24,310 nt of DNA. Origin: Terrimicrobiaceae bacterium (GTDB lineage Bacteria; Verrucomicrobiota; Verrucomicrobiia; Chthoniobacterales; Terrimicrobiaceae). This document shows, in pieces, positions 23,711-24,310 of the stretch. Under the pieces are notes generated by a model, which saw only the letters and a program-made list of their open reading frames with translations, made no database searches and was not told the origin of the DNA. Within the stretch, counting starts at the first letter, position 1. Every line of letters begins with the position of its first letter. A program made the position numbers and the translations under genes. The stretch covers positions 1-24,310 of the forward strand of contig JBGSVZ010000073.1 in the NCBI GenBank assembly GCA_041752695.1. The letters run 5' to 3'.

Positions 23711-24208
23711 ATGGACGATAACGAATTTTGGCAATTGATGGAGGGGTTGAATCCCGCGGATCGGAACGGCGATTTGAGGCGGCGCCTCTCCGGCCTAGAA
23801 CCCGAAAAACTCGTGATGTTCGGTCTGGCCTTTCATCTGGCTGCGGCCAGGGCTTACGACTGGGCGCTTTTCGGCGCTTTCAAATTAATCTACGGGGGCG
23901 AATGCGCCGAGGAGCGTTTCGACGCCTCGTGCTTCGGATTGGTCTCGCGAGGCAGGAAGGCCTACGAGGACGCACTGAGAAATCCGGATACAATCGCCGA
24001 GTGGCTGCTAGTCGAAGAGCAAATTGAGGGGCAAGACGGAACCGAGACGGCCTGGGAGATCTACCAGGCGAAGACGGGGTTGGAATTCCCCGACTTGGAA
24101 TTTCCCTACATGGCTCCCACCGGCGACGAGAATCTGGTGGAGTTTGACGATGGATGGCCTAAAGCGTTTCGTAAGCGTCACACGAGGTGCCTTGAACGAT
24201 GGGCTTGA
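23711..24208 (+). CDS. DUF4240 domain protein
   Basis: MDDNEFWQLME...AYDWALFGAFKLIYGGECAEERF...LVSRGRKAYEDALRNPD matches the DUF4240 pattern. The start at 23711 is preferred over 23516. Confidence 0.78.
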   Translation: MDDNEFWQLMEGLNPADRNGDLRRRLSGLEPEKLVMFGLAFHLAAARAYDWALFGAFKLIYGGECAEERFDASCFGLVSRGRKAYEDALRNPDTIAEWLLVEEQIEGQDGTETAWEIYQAKTGLEFPDLEFPYMAPTGDENLVEFDDGWPKAFRKRHTRCLERWA

Positions 24209-24212
24209 TTTT

Positions 24213-24248
24213 TCATAGGCGTCATAGCCGTGACTATGACGCCTATGA
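24213..24248. repeat. 15-bp perfect inverted repeat
   Basis: TCATAGGCGTCATAG-CCGTGA-CTATGACGCCTATGA. Confidence 0.9.
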
Positions 24249-24253
24249 TATAT

Positions 24254-24289
24254 TTCAGGCGGCAGCCTGAAGAGAAGCCCGGCGGGCTT
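24254..24289 (+). other. Two short tandem hairpins ahead of an SD for a gene beyond the window
   Basis: TTCAGGC-GGCA-GCCTGAA (24254-24271) and AAGCCC-GGC-GGGCTT (24275-24289); AGGAG at 24303-24307. Confidence 0.55.
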
Positions 24290-24310
24290 TGAGCCAGTTT
24301 TCAGGAGTGA

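Overview
Accessory or mobile-element region of a bacterium, tentatively Verrucomicrobiota (inferred from one small protein family, not proven). (1) Left, minus strand: a 3-gene exported-protein operon (rhodanese-domain protein, Gly-rich secreted protein, 3499-aa signal-peptide Ig/Fn3-RHS polymorphic toxin), with a divergent DUF1573 gene. The RHS toxin tip is cut off by an IS5-family element whose end (GGAAACGCTGATTTAA, preceded by a CTAA target) and transposase start lie at 1-136. (2) Middle: a vapBC toxin-antitoxin pair with a near-consensus, probably leaderless promoter, and two hypothetical genes. (3) A minus-strand candidate defence cassette: trypsin-like protease fused to a NucA/EndoG nuclease, the 3' remnant of an EEP nuclease gene, an intact EEP nuclease and a 3-TM protein. 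(4) Right, plus strand: a hairpin-rich block resembling a plasmid/ICE leading region (DUF736-like protein, MGLDM-family protein, orphan DNA methyltransferase), then a DUF4240 gene and a 15-bp perfect palindrome. No rRNA, tRNA or CRISPR array was seen. All family assignments come from motif recognition by eye; no database search was run.
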